Notes: generated from the sequence alone by a model not told the origin. A stretch of DNA of 64,000 bases from an uncultured Chloroflexia bacterium (GCA_963734535.1 CAVTHS010000008.1:256001-320000), one strand, 5' to 3'. Positions 50,728 to 60,878 are shown, counted from the stretch's first letter. Numbers and translations are program-made.

Positions 50728-50813
50728 CGACTCTGGCCTCTCCTGGGATTGATCACTGTGCCTTTGCGTTCCGATCGCCTTCCCGCCGACGACCGAGCAC
50801 TGAAGGAATGGCC

Positions 50814-50867
50814 CAGCCCGGTGTGAACGCACCCCGGGCTGAGGCCCTCTGTGGACAAGCTGTCCAC
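50814..50867. terminator. Pair of hairpins downstream of the second TasA-like gene
   Basis: CAGCCCGG...CCGGGCTG and GTGGACA-AGC-TGTCCAC. Confidence 0.45.
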
Positions 50868-50904
50868 CAGCGGCGTCCCCTCAACGCCGCTCGGATTGAT
50901 GCCG

Positions 50905-51820
50905 TTACGGCAGACGGCGTTGAAGCGGGTCCAGTCGAAGCGGTCGTCGCGCCTCAGCGCCGAAGCTCATGCGGACCTCGAACATGCGCTGACACCGGAC
51001 GGTGATCGTGACGTCTGGCCGTGGTTCAGGCGCGGTCGCCGATGCACTTGAACGGCCACAGGCCGTCGGTGAGCGAGCGGGTAGTTCCAGTGTGTCATGC
51101 GACGCCGCCCGACGGTGACCGCCGCTGCTCGGGCGTGTTGCCGTTGAAGCGGTACTCGAAGCAGACTGCCGCCGCTGGCGCCGGGTGAAGGTCAGCGCGC
51201 TCGAACCGTGATCGTGGTCGTCGACGGTGACATGGGCCAAGCCGCTGCCCACGTTGGCCGCGTCGTGCTGCGGGTCACAGCGTTGGTGCTTCGACGTGCC
51301 CGAGCGATGCCAGCGCTCCAGGCCTGACCGCGGGCACCTCGCCGCAGTTCACCGTGTAGGTGATCGAGCCGGCGTCGCCGAGGTCGTTCGTGCCAAGCTC
51401 AGCCCACTGGATGCCAGCGTTGTAGGTCTTGGTCCCACCGGCAGCCAGCGGTCACGGCGGCGGTTGGCGTGGCCAGGATGCTCGAGAAGTTGCTCGACAG
51501 GTTCCCGCGCCCAGCTCGACGTGACCGTGAGCGACTGCGGGATGGAGCCCGTGTTCTGCACGGTGAAGGAGAACGGGGCGCTCCCCGCCACGGAGCTCAT
51601 GATCGTTGGGGACGTGAAGGTGAGCGACTTGCCGTCGGCCGCGATGCCGTCCGACGCCGCGCCCGGTGTCGCAGCGACGATCTTGCAGGCGAACGTGCCG
51701 ACGTCGATGTTCTGCGGTGGCGGTGACTGAGTCCTGGAAGACGGCGCTAACACCGCCGCCGATGAGTCCGACCGTGAGGCCGCCTGCGGCAAGCAGGCCG
51801 GCGATCTTGCGTAGAGACAT
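50905..51820 (-). CDS. Second SipW-class substrate with an extra C-terminal domain; many indels
   Basis: MSLRKIAGLLAAGGLTVGLIGGGVSAVFQDSVTATQNIDVGTF, FTVQNTGSIP, ITYTVNC; frame-hopping pieces CFEYRFNG, DGLWPFKC, EVRMSFGAE, RFDWTRF. Confidence 0.7.
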
Positions 51821-51866
51821 TGTTCCTCTCACTCCGTGGGATGTGCTTGGGGCACGTGGGCAGATC

Positions 51867-52436
51867 TCAGGACGCGGCTTGGGCTCTACGGGCACCCACC
51901 CCCTTTCGAATCTCGAGGAGGATGAGCAGGGCGACGATCAGGCCGGCGGCGATGAGCGCCGCGCTGCGCAGCTCGGTCAGCCAGCCGACGTAGGGCACGA
52001 CGAAGACCAGCCGATAGCCGGTTGCTCCCTGCAACGTGACTCGCCATGGATCGGCGACGCTGTTCGCGTCACCCTTCGTCGTGATCACGTCGCCATCCCG
52101 CGACGCGATCCGGTGCAGCACCGATCGCGTCTCGTTCGGCGGGGTGAAGACGATGACGTCGCCGACGCGGAGCGAACCGATCGGCACGCCCTGCGTGATC
52201 GCGAGGTCGCCCGGCGACACGGTGGGCCGCATCGAGCCGGTCAGGACCGTCTGCACGTGGAAGTCGGCCATCCGAAAGGCGATCCCGCCGGCGAGGACGG
52301 CCACGCCCGCCACGAGGAGCAGCCGGTGAACAGCCGGGACCGACGACTCGTGCGCCCGACTTTCGTGGTGGACCTCCAGATTCCTGGGCGCGAGAAACGG
52401 TTCCCCGATTCGGTCTACCCTCGCGAGGTACTTCAC
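51867..52436 (-). CDS. sipW: Stand-alone SipW-type signal peptidase I (start uncertain)
   Basis: VLTGSMRPTVSPGD, GDVIVF, VLHRI, TTKGDANSVAD, VPYVGW and a C-terminal TM segment. Confidence 0.88.
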   Translation of the reverse strand: MKYLARVDRIGEPFLAPRNLEVHHESRAHESSVPAVHRLLLVAGVAVLAGGIAFRMADFHVQTVLTGSMRPTVSPGDLAITQGVPIGSLRVGDVIVFTPPNETRSVLHRIASRDGDVITTKGDANSVADPWRVTLQGATGYRLVFVVPYVGWLTELRSAALIAAGLIVALLILLEIRKGVGARRAQAAS

Positions 52437-52456
52437 CTTGGTTCACCGGCGACCAT

Positions 52457-52552
52457 GCCGCCATCCGTGCCAGCCCGGAGCCGGGTACGCGTTCGGCCGC
52501 CCCCAGGCGGGCGCGCGATGCGTACACGGCTAGGTACTCCCCCGGGCGCCGG
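52457..52552. promoter_or_regulatory. Conserved upstream element, copy 2
   Basis: GCCGCCATCCGTGCCAGCCCGGAGCCGGGTACGCGTTC...TGCGTACA...CCCCGGGCGC. Confidence 0.7.
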
Positions 52553-52582
52553 CGACGGCCAGCGCGCAGTACGCTGCCGTGA

Positions 52583-53080
52583 GTGGAGCGTCTACGCCGT
52601 TATGCAGCCCCGAGCCGCGCTGCCGGGGACACGCGATCGGAGAATCCGGCGATCCGCGATGCGGCCCAGATCGTGGCGCGCGCGGCAGCTGACGAAGCCG
52701 CCGCGGACCGGGCGCGCGATGTCTACCTGACGCGAGCCATGACGCCGATCGTGCCCGACGATCGGATCGCACCGCTGCTGGGCCCGGGCGAGCACGTCCT
52801 GGCCGTGCGCCATTCGGTGGTCCTGGACCGACGCCGGCCGCCACCCCGGTCGGACGGGCAGGCGAGTCTCGCGGGCGACCTCTACGTGACCTCCCGGCGG
52901 CTCGTCCTGGTGGGCCGGGTGACCCTTGCGTTCGACCTCGACGAGGTCGAGGATGCCGTGGTCTCGGGAGAACGGGTTCTGCTGGTCATGGGTGATGGCA
53001 GAGGAGCCGCGCTCGACGCTGCCCACCCGCGCCAGCTCAGGGTCGAGATCGCGACGGCGCGCGCGTTCGCTCGGAGCTGA
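52583..53080 (+). CDS. Hypothetical protein, PH-like domain
   Basis: LGPGEHVL...GDLYVTSRRLVLVG resembles bacterial PH/GRAM domains. Confidence 0.55.
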   Translation: MERLRRYAAPSRAAGDTRSENPAIRDAAQIVARAAADEAAADRARDVYLTRAMTPIVPDDRIAPLLGPGEHVLAVRHSVVLDRRRPPPRSDGQASLAGDLYVTSRRLVLVGRVTLAFDLDEVEDAVVSGERVLLVMGDGRGAALDAAHPRQLRVEIATARAFARS

Positions 53081-53083
53081 GGC

Positions 53084-53644
53084 GTGGCCGACGACCTGTA
53101 CCGTGTGCTCCAGGTGGATGCATCGGCCGACTCCGCCGCGATCCGGGTCGCGTATCGCACCCTGGCAGCCGTCTACCATCCCGACCACGCGGGCCCCGGC
53201 GGCGAGGCGCGGATGCGCGAGCTCAACCACGCGTGGGAGGTGCTTCGCGACCCTGAGCGCCGCACCGGCTACGACGCGGAGCTGCGGGCGAACCGGCCTC
53301 CTCCGGCCCCGGCCGGGCCTGCGGCACCTCCCTGGTGGGGCATTGCCGGTCCGCCGCCTGGCCGCCCATCGGGGAGTGTCCTGGCCTTCGGCGTCTTCGC
53401 CGGCTGGTCGCTCGGCGAGATCGCGCGCACGGACCCCGGCTATCTCCAGTGGCTGGTGGACAATCACGGGGCACCGGGCGGTGATTCGGATGCTCCGAAA
53501 GCCGGTCCGTACGTCGCGGAGATCAACGCCATCCTCGGGCTGCTCGGTCGCCGGCGCGACAGTGCGCGGGACGAGATTGAGCGGCCACGTAGCCGGTTCG
53601 GCTTCCTCCGCTGGGGCGACCCTCCCCGCGTGGGTCGTGCATAG
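53084..53644 (+). CDS. J-domain (DnaJ class III) protein
   Basis: DLYRVLQV...IRVAYRTLA..YHPD...LNHAWEVLRDPERR..YD; C-terminal FG.FAG..L.EI...DPGYL.WL domain. Confidence 0.88.
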   Translation: MADDLYRVLQVDASADSAAIRVAYRTLAAVYHPDHAGPGGEARMRELNHAWEVLRDPERRTGYDAELRANRPPPAPAGPAAPPWWGIAGPPPGRPSGSVLAFGVFAGWSLGEIARTDPGYLQWLVDNHGAPGGDSDAPKAGPYVAEINAILGLLGRRRDSARDEIERPRSRFGFLRWGDPPRVGRA

Positions 53645-53750
53645 CCGACCGACAAGCGGCGAGCGCGAACGTCACGACGCCTCCGGCTCCGCACCTGGCG
53701 CCCGCGCCTGCTCAGGCGCCACCGGTCATCCGAACGAAAGGGATCGCACC

Positions 53751-54308
53751 ATGGACCTCGACGAGGCGATCAACGGCCGCCGCTCCGTGCGCGAGTACAC
53801 GTCAGAGGCGGTGGACGAGCAGACCGTTCGTCGGCTGATCGATGCCGCCGCGCACGCCCCGAGTGCGACCAACGCGCAGCCCTGGACGTTCACGGTGGTG
53901 CGCGATCAGGGCCTCCTCGACCGCGTGTCGGACGACGCCAAGACCCACCTTCTGGCTGACCCGAAAGGGAGGCTGTCCGACCGTCAGCGAACCCGGCTCG
54001 CCGATCCGGCGTACCACATCTTCCACCACGCTCCGATGCTCATCCTGATCTCGGGGACCGCGCCTGCTCCGTGGGTCGTGGAGAACTGTGCCCTGGCCGC
54101 CGAGAACCTCATGCTCGCGGCGCACGGTGACGGACTCGGCACCTGCTGGATCGGCTACGCACAGGGCTACCTGAACACGCCCGAGGGCAAGGACGCGCTG
54201 GGCCTCCCGGCCGAGTGGGTGCCGGTCGCACCGATCATCGTTGGTCATCCGAACGCTGTGCCAGCGCCCGTCGCGCGGAGGGAGCCCGAGGTCCGCTGGG
54301 TTGGCTGA
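53751..54308 (+). CDS. Nitroreductase family protein
   Basis: RRSVREY, APSATNAQPW, AAENLMLAA..GLGTCWIG. Confidence 0.92.
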   Translation: MDLDEAINGRRSVREYTSEAVDEQTVRRLIDAAAHAPSATNAQPWTFTVVRDQGLLDRVSDDAKTHLLADPKGRLSDRQRTRLADPAYHIFHHAPMLILISGTAPAPWVVENCALAAENLMLAAHGDGLGTCWIGYAQGYLNTPEGKDALGLPAEWVPVAPIIVGHPNAVPAPVARREPEVRWVG

Positions 54309-54356
54309 TCGCCGTCCGCCAGTCGTGCCCTGGCGCGCTGTCGAATCGAGCACTGG

Positions 54357-54620
54357 ATGTGGGACACCGGTGGCGACTCCAATGGCCCGGACGCAGAACT
54401 GGTGGCAGACCCGGCCGCGCGCGAAACGCTGATCGGCGTCGTTCGCGAGGGGGCGCGTCAGGGTTCAGTCGGGTACGTCGCGGACTGGATCGCGCAGAGC
54501 GAACCCTGGGGCTTCACCGTCGCCGACGTCTCCCAAGTGGTTCATGTCTGGTGGGGTAAGCGGGACGCGATCGTCAACCGGGCCGAGGCGGAGTACCTGG
54601 CACGGACCATGTGTCGAACC
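54357..54620 (+). pseudogene. C-terminal fragment of an alpha/beta hydrolase
   Basis: EGARQG..G...D....PWGF..ADV...VHVWWG.RD; no N-terminal half is present. Confidence 0.5.
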
Positions 54621-54943
54621 ATGACGGGTCGCTCCTTCTGTCGGACAGAGGGTCGGTCTCGTCATTGGCCCGGAGCGGCGCCCAGGACGACCGTTTGTTG
54701 ACGCCGCACCGGTGGAGGCTCCCGCCTCCGTGCCACCCCCGTGACGACGTGAGTGTGAGGGCCAGATCTGCGCCGGGGAAGTGGCTTGTCCACCGGTCGC
54801 CTCCATGCGGCCGAGAGACGCGTTGGCGTTCCGCGCCGGCGGCGGAACGCCGCGCTCATCCTCGCGGTCACATTCATCGCGATCTACGACGGGGCGTATG
54901 GTGGGTGGCCTCGGTACCAATCGGCACGGCAGCCACGGAGGTC

Positions 54944-55177
54944 ATGATGGAACCCGACAATCGTCCGTATGTCGCCCCCAACACGGAGCCTGGCGATGCC
55001 GGGACCGAGAAATGGGCCGACGCGTCGCACGGCACCGACGACTCGGTCGGACCCCAACCAGGGCCCGGACCGCTTGGGACCGTCAACGACCAGGGCGTTG
55101 TCGAGGGGTCGCCCGCGGATACGTTCATCAACGATCCGGAGGCGGTCAGTGCCCGCAACGACGAGGCCGACGCCTAG
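54944..55177 (+). CDS. Small acidic, likely disordered protein
   Basis: GGAGG RBS; MMEPDNRPYVAP...ARNDEADA*; G/C-biased third positions. Confidence 0.6.
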   Translation: MMEPDNRPYVAPNTEPGDAGTEKWADASHGTDDSVGPQPGPGPLGTVNDQGVVEGSPADTFINDPEAVSARNDEADA

Positions 55178-55178
55178 T

Positions 55179-55406
55179 TCTACTTCCCAATCAGGTTGTT
55201 GACGGGCTGAGGGCCCCTATCCTCGGCTGTTGGTGTCGAAGCCACAGTCGAAGAAGGAGCCCTCGATGGCCCATCCTAATGCGCGGCTGACCCCGCACGG
55301 GCGCCGGTTGCTCGCCGCTCGCGTCCGGTCCGGCTGGACGATCACCAGGGCAGCCGAGGCCGCCGGCATCAGCCGCCAGAGCGGATCCAAGTACCCCAAT
55401 GCCTGA
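55179..55406 (+). mobile_element. IS481-family relic: left end and truncated transposase
   Basis: TCTACTTCCCAATCAGGTTGTTGAC resembles an IS481 left end. AAGGAG-ATG(55266) MAHPNARLTPHGRRLL...AAEAAGISRQ matches an IS481 transposase N-terminus and stops after 46 aa. Confidence 0.8.
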
Positions 55407-55499
55407 TCGGCACCCGGCCACCGCCTCTCGCGCCAGTGGCCGGGGCCGTTGCTACCATCCTGCTGGCCGCGCTGGGTCGCGATGGTGGAGGTGGTCGGG

Positions 55500-56369
55500 A
55501 TGATCAGCAACGACGTATCACCGCTCCCCGACACCGAGGTCCACTACCTCCGCTCGGAACACGTGGGTGACGAGTTCAAGATCTTCGTCGGGCACCCCCA
55601 CAGATCGGACACCACCCCTCCGAGCGTGCTCTTCATGGGCGACCCGTGGGGCGACTTCGGGACCGCCGTGGGGATCACCCGGCTCCTGCACTACGCGGGA
55701 GACCTCCCGCCGCTCCTCGTCGTCGCCGTGGGCTATCGAGCGGTGACCATCGAGGAGAACGAGGCCATCCGGGGCCGCGACTTCACTCCCTCGGTCGACC
55801 TGACCCAGACGTGGGGGGACCCAGCGATGATGGGCGGAGCGGCCCGGTTCCTCGCCTTCCTCCGCGATGAGCTGAAGCCGTGGGTGCGGGAGCGATACAG
55901 CGTCGATCCGGATGACTCCACCCTCTTCGGGTACTCGCTGGGTGGGTTGTTCGCGACGTACGTGCTGCTCAACGAGCCCGCCACGTTCCGGCGCTACGGC
56001 ATCGGGAGCCCGTCGCTCGACTGGGACCAGGGATTGATGTTCGAGCACGAGGCGGAGTACGCACGAACGCACAACGACCTCCCGGCGAAGGTGTTCTTCT
56101 CGGTCGGGGCGAACGAGAACACCGAAGGCCAGCGGCGCTGGAGAGCGCAGCTCCCAGCCGACCGGCGAGCCAAGGCCGAGGCGCAGGTGGAGGGTGAACC
56201 CCCGTACGACGCGGTGGCCGACGTCGAGCGGATGGTCGCATTGCTGCGCGGACGCGGTTACCCGAGCCTCGGCATCGAGCTTGAAGTCTGGCCGGGCGAG
56301 TACCACCAGACCGCGCCGCCGCTGGCCCTGTCACGATCCCTGCGATACGTGTTCGACGCGCCCCGCTGA
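55500..56369 (+). CDS. Alpha/beta hydrolase, IroE/BesA-like esterase
   Basis: VVAVGY, RDFTP, GGAARFLAFL..ELKP, GYSLGG nucleophile elbow, PGEYH. Confidence 0.88.
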   Translation: MISNDVSPLPDTEVHYLRSEHVGDEFKIFVGHPHRSDTTPPSVLFMGDPWGDFGTAVGITRLLHYAGDLPPLLVVAVGYRAVTIEENEAIRGRDFTPSVDLTQTWGDPAMMGGAARFLAFLRDELKPWVRERYSVDPDDSTLFGYSLGGLFATYVLLNEPATFRRYGIGSPSLDWDQGLMFEHEAEYARTHNDLPAKVFFSVGANENTEGQRRWRAQLPADRRAKAEAQVEGEPPYDAVADVERMVALLRGRGYPSLGIELEVWPGEYHQTAPPLALSRSLRYVFDAPR

Positions 56370-56529
56370 CGGGCGCTGGGTGCTGCCCGGGTGAGTTCGG
56401 CGTCCACTTGGTTCAACCGGGGGATCTCGTCGTTGACGACCTGGCTGAGCCCAGTGCATGAGCGGACACGCCTGGAGCCAGCGCCGCAGGCTTGACTGCC
56501 GCGTGACCGGTCGGAATCGACAGCGCCGC

Positions 56530-57189
56530 TCAGCCCGCCTCGGGGTACCGCCGCGCGGCCTCGGCCCGGTTCCGCGCGCCGAGCTTGTGGAGCACGCTGC
56601 TGACGTGGGCCTCCACCGTGCGGCCCGAGATCATGAGCGACTCGGCGATCTCGCGGTCGGTCAGGCCCGCCGAGAGGAGGCGGAGCACCTCCTCCTCGCG
56701 CGTCGTGAGCCCTGCCAGGGCCGGGTCGGGAGAGCTGGCGGTCCGGCCGGAGATCTCGACGAGCTGGCTGACGAGTCGCGCGGCCATGAGGCGCGGCATC
56801 GCAAGCTCGCCGTCGTAGGCGCTTCGCACCGCGCGGAGGAGCGCCTCCGGCGCCAGGTCCTTGGTGAGGTATCCGCGCGCTCCATTTCGCATGGCATCCA
56901 CGAGATGGTGGTCCGCCTTCGACGCCGTCAGCATCACGATCCGCGTCTCGGGGAGGCGCGGCGCCAGCTCGCGAACCAGCCCCACGCCATCCATGCCCGG
57001 CAGGTCGATATCGACGAGCAGCACATCGGGCCGAACCTGCATGGCGAGGTCCAGCGCCTCCTCGGCGGTGGCGACATCGGCAACCAGCTCCACGTCGGGC
57101 GCCGTGATCGCATGACGCACGGCCGCCCGAACCAGCGCGTGATCCTCGACGAGCATGACGCGCAGGTGTTTCGGTCGAGGATCCGTCAT
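56530..57189 (-). CDS. NarL/LuxR family response regulator
   Basis: [42 protein letters not shown]. Confidence 0.95.
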   Translation of the reverse strand: MTDPRPKHLRVMLVEDHALVRAAVRHAITAPDVELVADVATAEEALDLAMQVRPDVLLVDIDLPGMDGVGLVRELAPRLPETRIVMLTASKADHHLVDAMRNGARGYLTKDLAPEALLRAVRSAYDGELAMPRLMAARLVSQLVEISGRTASSPDPALAGLTTREEEVLRLLSAGLTDREIAESLMISGRTVEAHVSSVLHKLGARNRAEAARRYPEAG

Positions 57190-58797
57190 CGAACGTCCGA
57201 CGCGATGCGCACCGGGGCAAGCCCGAGCGGCACGAAGAGGCTGACGCGGGTCCCGTCGAGGGGTCGTGAGTCGATGCGCAGCTCTCCACCGATCAGGGCG
57301 GCGCGCTCGCGCATGCTCGCCAGGCCGAACGCCGTCCGGCCGACGGTGTTCAGGTTGAATCCGCGTCCGTTGTCGCCCACGACCACGACGAGCCGGCCCG
57401 CCTCCACCCCGGCCCGGACGCGTATCACGGTCGCATCCGCGTGGCGCCGGACGTTATTGAGCGCCTCCTGCGCAATCCGGAGCGCCTCCGCCTGTGCGCG
57501 CGCCGTGAGCTGCGGAAGGTCCTGCTCGCATGTGAACTCGACGCGCAGGCCGAACCGATCCCCGAACTCGTAGACACAGCGCGACATCAGCTCGCTGAAC
57601 GACGAGCCGGTCGCTTCGGTGGGCTCCCGCAACGCGGCAATTGCCTGCTGTGCCTCCGCGATCGCCGTGTCGATGGTCTGGCCGAGCTCACCCGCCAGCG
57701 CACGTGCCTCGGTCCCAAGATCCGGAAGACCGGCGACGCGTCCCGTCGTCAGCTTCGCGAGCCAGAGGTCCTGGGCCAGCCCGTCGTGCAGCTCTCGCGA
57801 AAGACGGGCGCGCTCCTCCAGCCCTGCCCGCTGCACGTCGGCCTCGCCGAGCCGGGCCAGGTCCGCGTTGACCGATCGCAGGTGCGCAAGGATCGCCGCC
57901 GCCTGGGCCTGGATGCCGAGCAGGAGGATGACGTCGAAGGCGAGCCGCAGGAGGTCGCCGCTCGTGACCAGTCCCGTGTACGTGCCCGGAAAGATGGCCG
58001 TATGGACCTGGGCGAAGGCCGCGAAGACGAACCCGATGGCAAGGTATCGGTCGCCGACCAACCCGTCGCGGCGATGCAGCCGGCGCGACAGTCCTGCCGC
58101 CCAGAGGAACAGCGAGGCGGCCAGGACCTGGGCAACCGCACCGAGCGGCATCAACGCGGAGGGGTACGGGGCGGCCGCAGGAGTTCCCGGCGCCAGGGCG
58201 GGTAAGCCGATCGACGCCAGCGGGGGCAACCGGCCGGCACCCGCCTCGACGAGCCCGATCGCCAGCGCCATCGTGACGGCCGACCCGAACACGATGGCAG
58301 GCGCGTGATCGACGAGCCGCTCGCGGAGCGAGGCCAGGCCGCCCAGGACCAGCAGCGCCGCCGCGAAGACGCGGGCAAACGTGAAGACGTAGATAGGCGC
58401 CTGGCCGGGCGAAGCGAGTGCCATTCCCGCCTGGACGTCGAGGCCCGCCGTGGCGACGATGACGGTGAGGCCGTTGGCGATCGCCAGCACCAGGAACGCG
58501 GCAGCCTGGAACGCCGCGAACGGGTCCCCACGCTGGCGGAACCGCACCCATGCCAGCACCGCCACGGAGAGCGTCACGACCGTGGTGAGCGTGTCGAGCA
58601 CGAGGTCGAGCGACGGCGCGACGACGCGCTCGCGCAGCTCGGGAACGAGCGACGGATACGGCGGTGCCGAGCGCCAGGGCGATCACGGCGACCATCAGGA
58701 TGCCGTCGAGCGAGATCGAGCGCGGCAATATCGCTGCTCGGGAGGACGGGGCGCGGCTTCCTATCGGGGTGCTCCTGCCTGTTGCCCGCGTTGTCAC
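57186..58797 (-). CDS. Membrane sensor histidine kinase (HisKA_3); indel near 58645, start uncertain
   Basis: Multiple TM segments, [44 protein letters not shown]. Confidence 0.88.
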
Positions 58798-59300
58798 CCA
58801 GGTGCCCGCTCACGGGCGGGCGACTCGCGTCGGTCACGGACTCCGCCCAGGTCCGGAACACCCCGGAGTCGAGCGACTCGTCCGCTCCCGATGCGACGTC
58901 GGCCGAACGTACTCCCGTATGCGTCGTCGTGCATGTGACCTTCGGCCCCTTGTCGTTCGGTGGCTCGCGCTCGCGGTGTCGGGAGGCACCGGCCAGGCCC
59001 CTCGCCACACGGAAACAGGCACCGCCTGGCCGGGCGTTGTCGGCCAAACGTACCGGACCAGTCGCCGGCCCGATACAACATGTGTCCTCTTCTGTTCGAT
59101 CGCGCTGGGCGGTGTCTCGGGATCTGCCCCCGATCGCACACGGTCAGCGCCGCCCGTCGGCTTGGGGACCCGTCGGCCAGGGGGCTTGCGCTCGTGCAGT
59201 ACCGTTGCGCCGTGCCCTCGGCCGATCCACGGCCACCGCCGGCTCCGGCCGGCGGCCGTTCGCGCCGCCCCACCGGGCGGCCCAGCCGAGCCGCTGCCTG

Positions 59301-60878
59301 ATGCCCGACGCGAACCCGCCGCGCCGTCGACCACCCGCTGGCATGCCCCGGCCAGCGCCCCGACGGGCGGCCGCCCGGCCACGACGCCCCGCATCGGGTC
59401 GCGTGCTGATCAGCGCGCTCGCCTTCATGGCCGCGCTGGTCGGCGTGGCCGGAGCGATGCCGGCTGCCACGGCCGCAGCAACCGGTCCGGACCCGGGAAT
59501 TCGGGCGCGGGCGAGCCATCGGGTGGCGGTGTCCCACGAGGTCTACGGCTACCTGCCGTACTGGCGGGTCGACGCCGGAACGGTCAATCGCCTCGACTAC
59601 TCCACGCTGTCCACGATCGCGTTCTTCGCGGTCCCGATCCAGCGGAGCGGAGCGCTGGACACCCGTGCCCCCGGCTTCGATGCGTACGTCAGCCGGGATG
59701 CCGCTGCCGTGACCAACGCTGCCCACGCCCGCGGGATCCGCGTGGTCCCGACCTTCCAGCTGTTCGACAACGGGTCGCTCCCGACGCTTCGCGCCTTCCT
59801 CAAGGACCGGCGCGCGCAGGACCGCTTCGTCGCCGCCGCACTCGCGCTCATGGTTCGCCGCCGTGCAGACGGCGCGAACCTCGATTTCGAGCCCGTCCCG
59901 GACGCGCTGGCGCCCGCATTCGCGCAGTTCGTGGACCGCTTCGCGAACGCCGTCCACCGGCGCCTCCCTGGCGCGCAGGTGGTGGTTGCGCTCAGCGCCT
60001 CCCAGGGCGGCTCGGCCATCGCCGCGATCGGCCGGGCAGCCGACCGGCTCTTCATCATGGGCTACGACTACCACTGGCAAGGTTCGACGACACCGGGCCC
60101 GGTCGCGCCGCTGCAAAGCGGCACGATGACCGTTGCGGACACGGTCTCCCGGTACTCCCGCCACGTGCCGGTCGGGAAGCTGATCCTCGGCGTGCCTGCC
60201 TATGGCTACTCCTGGCCGATCGTCGAGCCGATCGCCAAACCCCGGGTCCGGACGAACCTCGCCCGCTGGGGCGGCGTTCGCGGCGTCACGTTCGAGACCG
60301 CCCTCGCCTTCCTGGCCGACCACTCGTCGATCGTGCGGCACACCACCCCGGACGGGTCGTGGTTCCGCTACTGGAACGCCGCCGAGCGGACCTGGCGCGA
60401 GGTGCACTTCGAGGACGACGCCTCGATGCGCGCGAAGTTCCGGCTCGCGATCGCCCGGGGCCTGGCCGGGGTCGGGTTGTGGACGCTCGACTCCGACGCG
60501 CAGGGGCTGCTGACGGGCTCGGTCCGATCGACCTTCGTGACGCCGGTCCGCCGGCTGGCGGTCGTCCCCTCCGTGGCACGCGTCCGGGCGCCGGGCGGGA
60601 GCGTGGCCGTGGACACCGTGGTCGTCCTGCGCAACACGGGTCGCATCCCGGAACGTGGGGTCCTGTCGTCCCGGATCGTCGATGGCGCCGGCCGAACCGT
60701 GCAGACGGTTCGACGTCTCATCAACGTCCCGGTCGGCGCCCGCGTCCGCATCGCGACCTCCACGCGGATCGGCGCGGCGTGGGCGCGAGCCGCGGGCACG
60801 TATCGGTTGCTCGTCAGCCTGGACACGCGCGGCCGCCGATGGTCCGTGCCCGCCGTCAGCTTCCGGCAGCCGTTCTGA
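59301..60878 (+). CDS. Secreted GH18 glycoside hydrolase with C-terminal Ig-like domain
   Basis: VYGYLPYW, ADGANLDFE, IMGYDY, LGVPAYGY, GLAGVGLWTL. Confidence 0.88.
   Translation: MPDANPPRRRPPAGMPRPAPRRAAARPRRPASGRVLISALAFMAALVGVAGAMPAATAAATGPDPGIRARASHRVAVSHEVYGYLPYWRVDAGTVNRLDYSTLSTIAFFAVPIQRSGALDTRAPGFDAYVSRDAAAVTNAAHARGIRVVPTFQLFDNGSLPTLRAFLKDRRAQDRFVAAALALMVRRRADGANLDFEPVPDALAPAFAQFVDRFANAVHRRLPGAQVVVALSASQGGSAIAAIGRAADRLFIMGYDYHWQGSTTPGPVAPLQSGTMTVADTVSRYSRHVPVGKLILGVPAYGYSWPIVEPIAKPRVRTNLARWGGVRGVTFETALAFLADHSSIVRHTTPDGSWFRYWNAAERTWREVHFEDDASMRAKFRLAIARGLAGVGLWTLDSDAQGLLTGSVRSTFVTPVRRLAVVPSVARVRAPGGSVAVDTVVVLRNTGRIPERGVLSSRIVDGAGRTVQTVRRLINVPVGARVRIATSTRIGAAWARAAGTYRLLVSLDTRGRRWSVPAVSFRQPF

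Noticed and set aside
50740-50810. c-di-GMP-I riboswitch upstream of the SipW-RTX gene (GAACGCAAAG on the minus strand)
   Set aside because: It lacks the GGCAAA lead-in and the GNRA-capped stem. An Rfam scan would settle it.
50850-50867. DnaA box (TTGTCCACA on the minus strand) or replication origin
   Set aside because: It is a single site inside a hairpin, with no box cluster, AT-rich unwinding region or dnaA gene.
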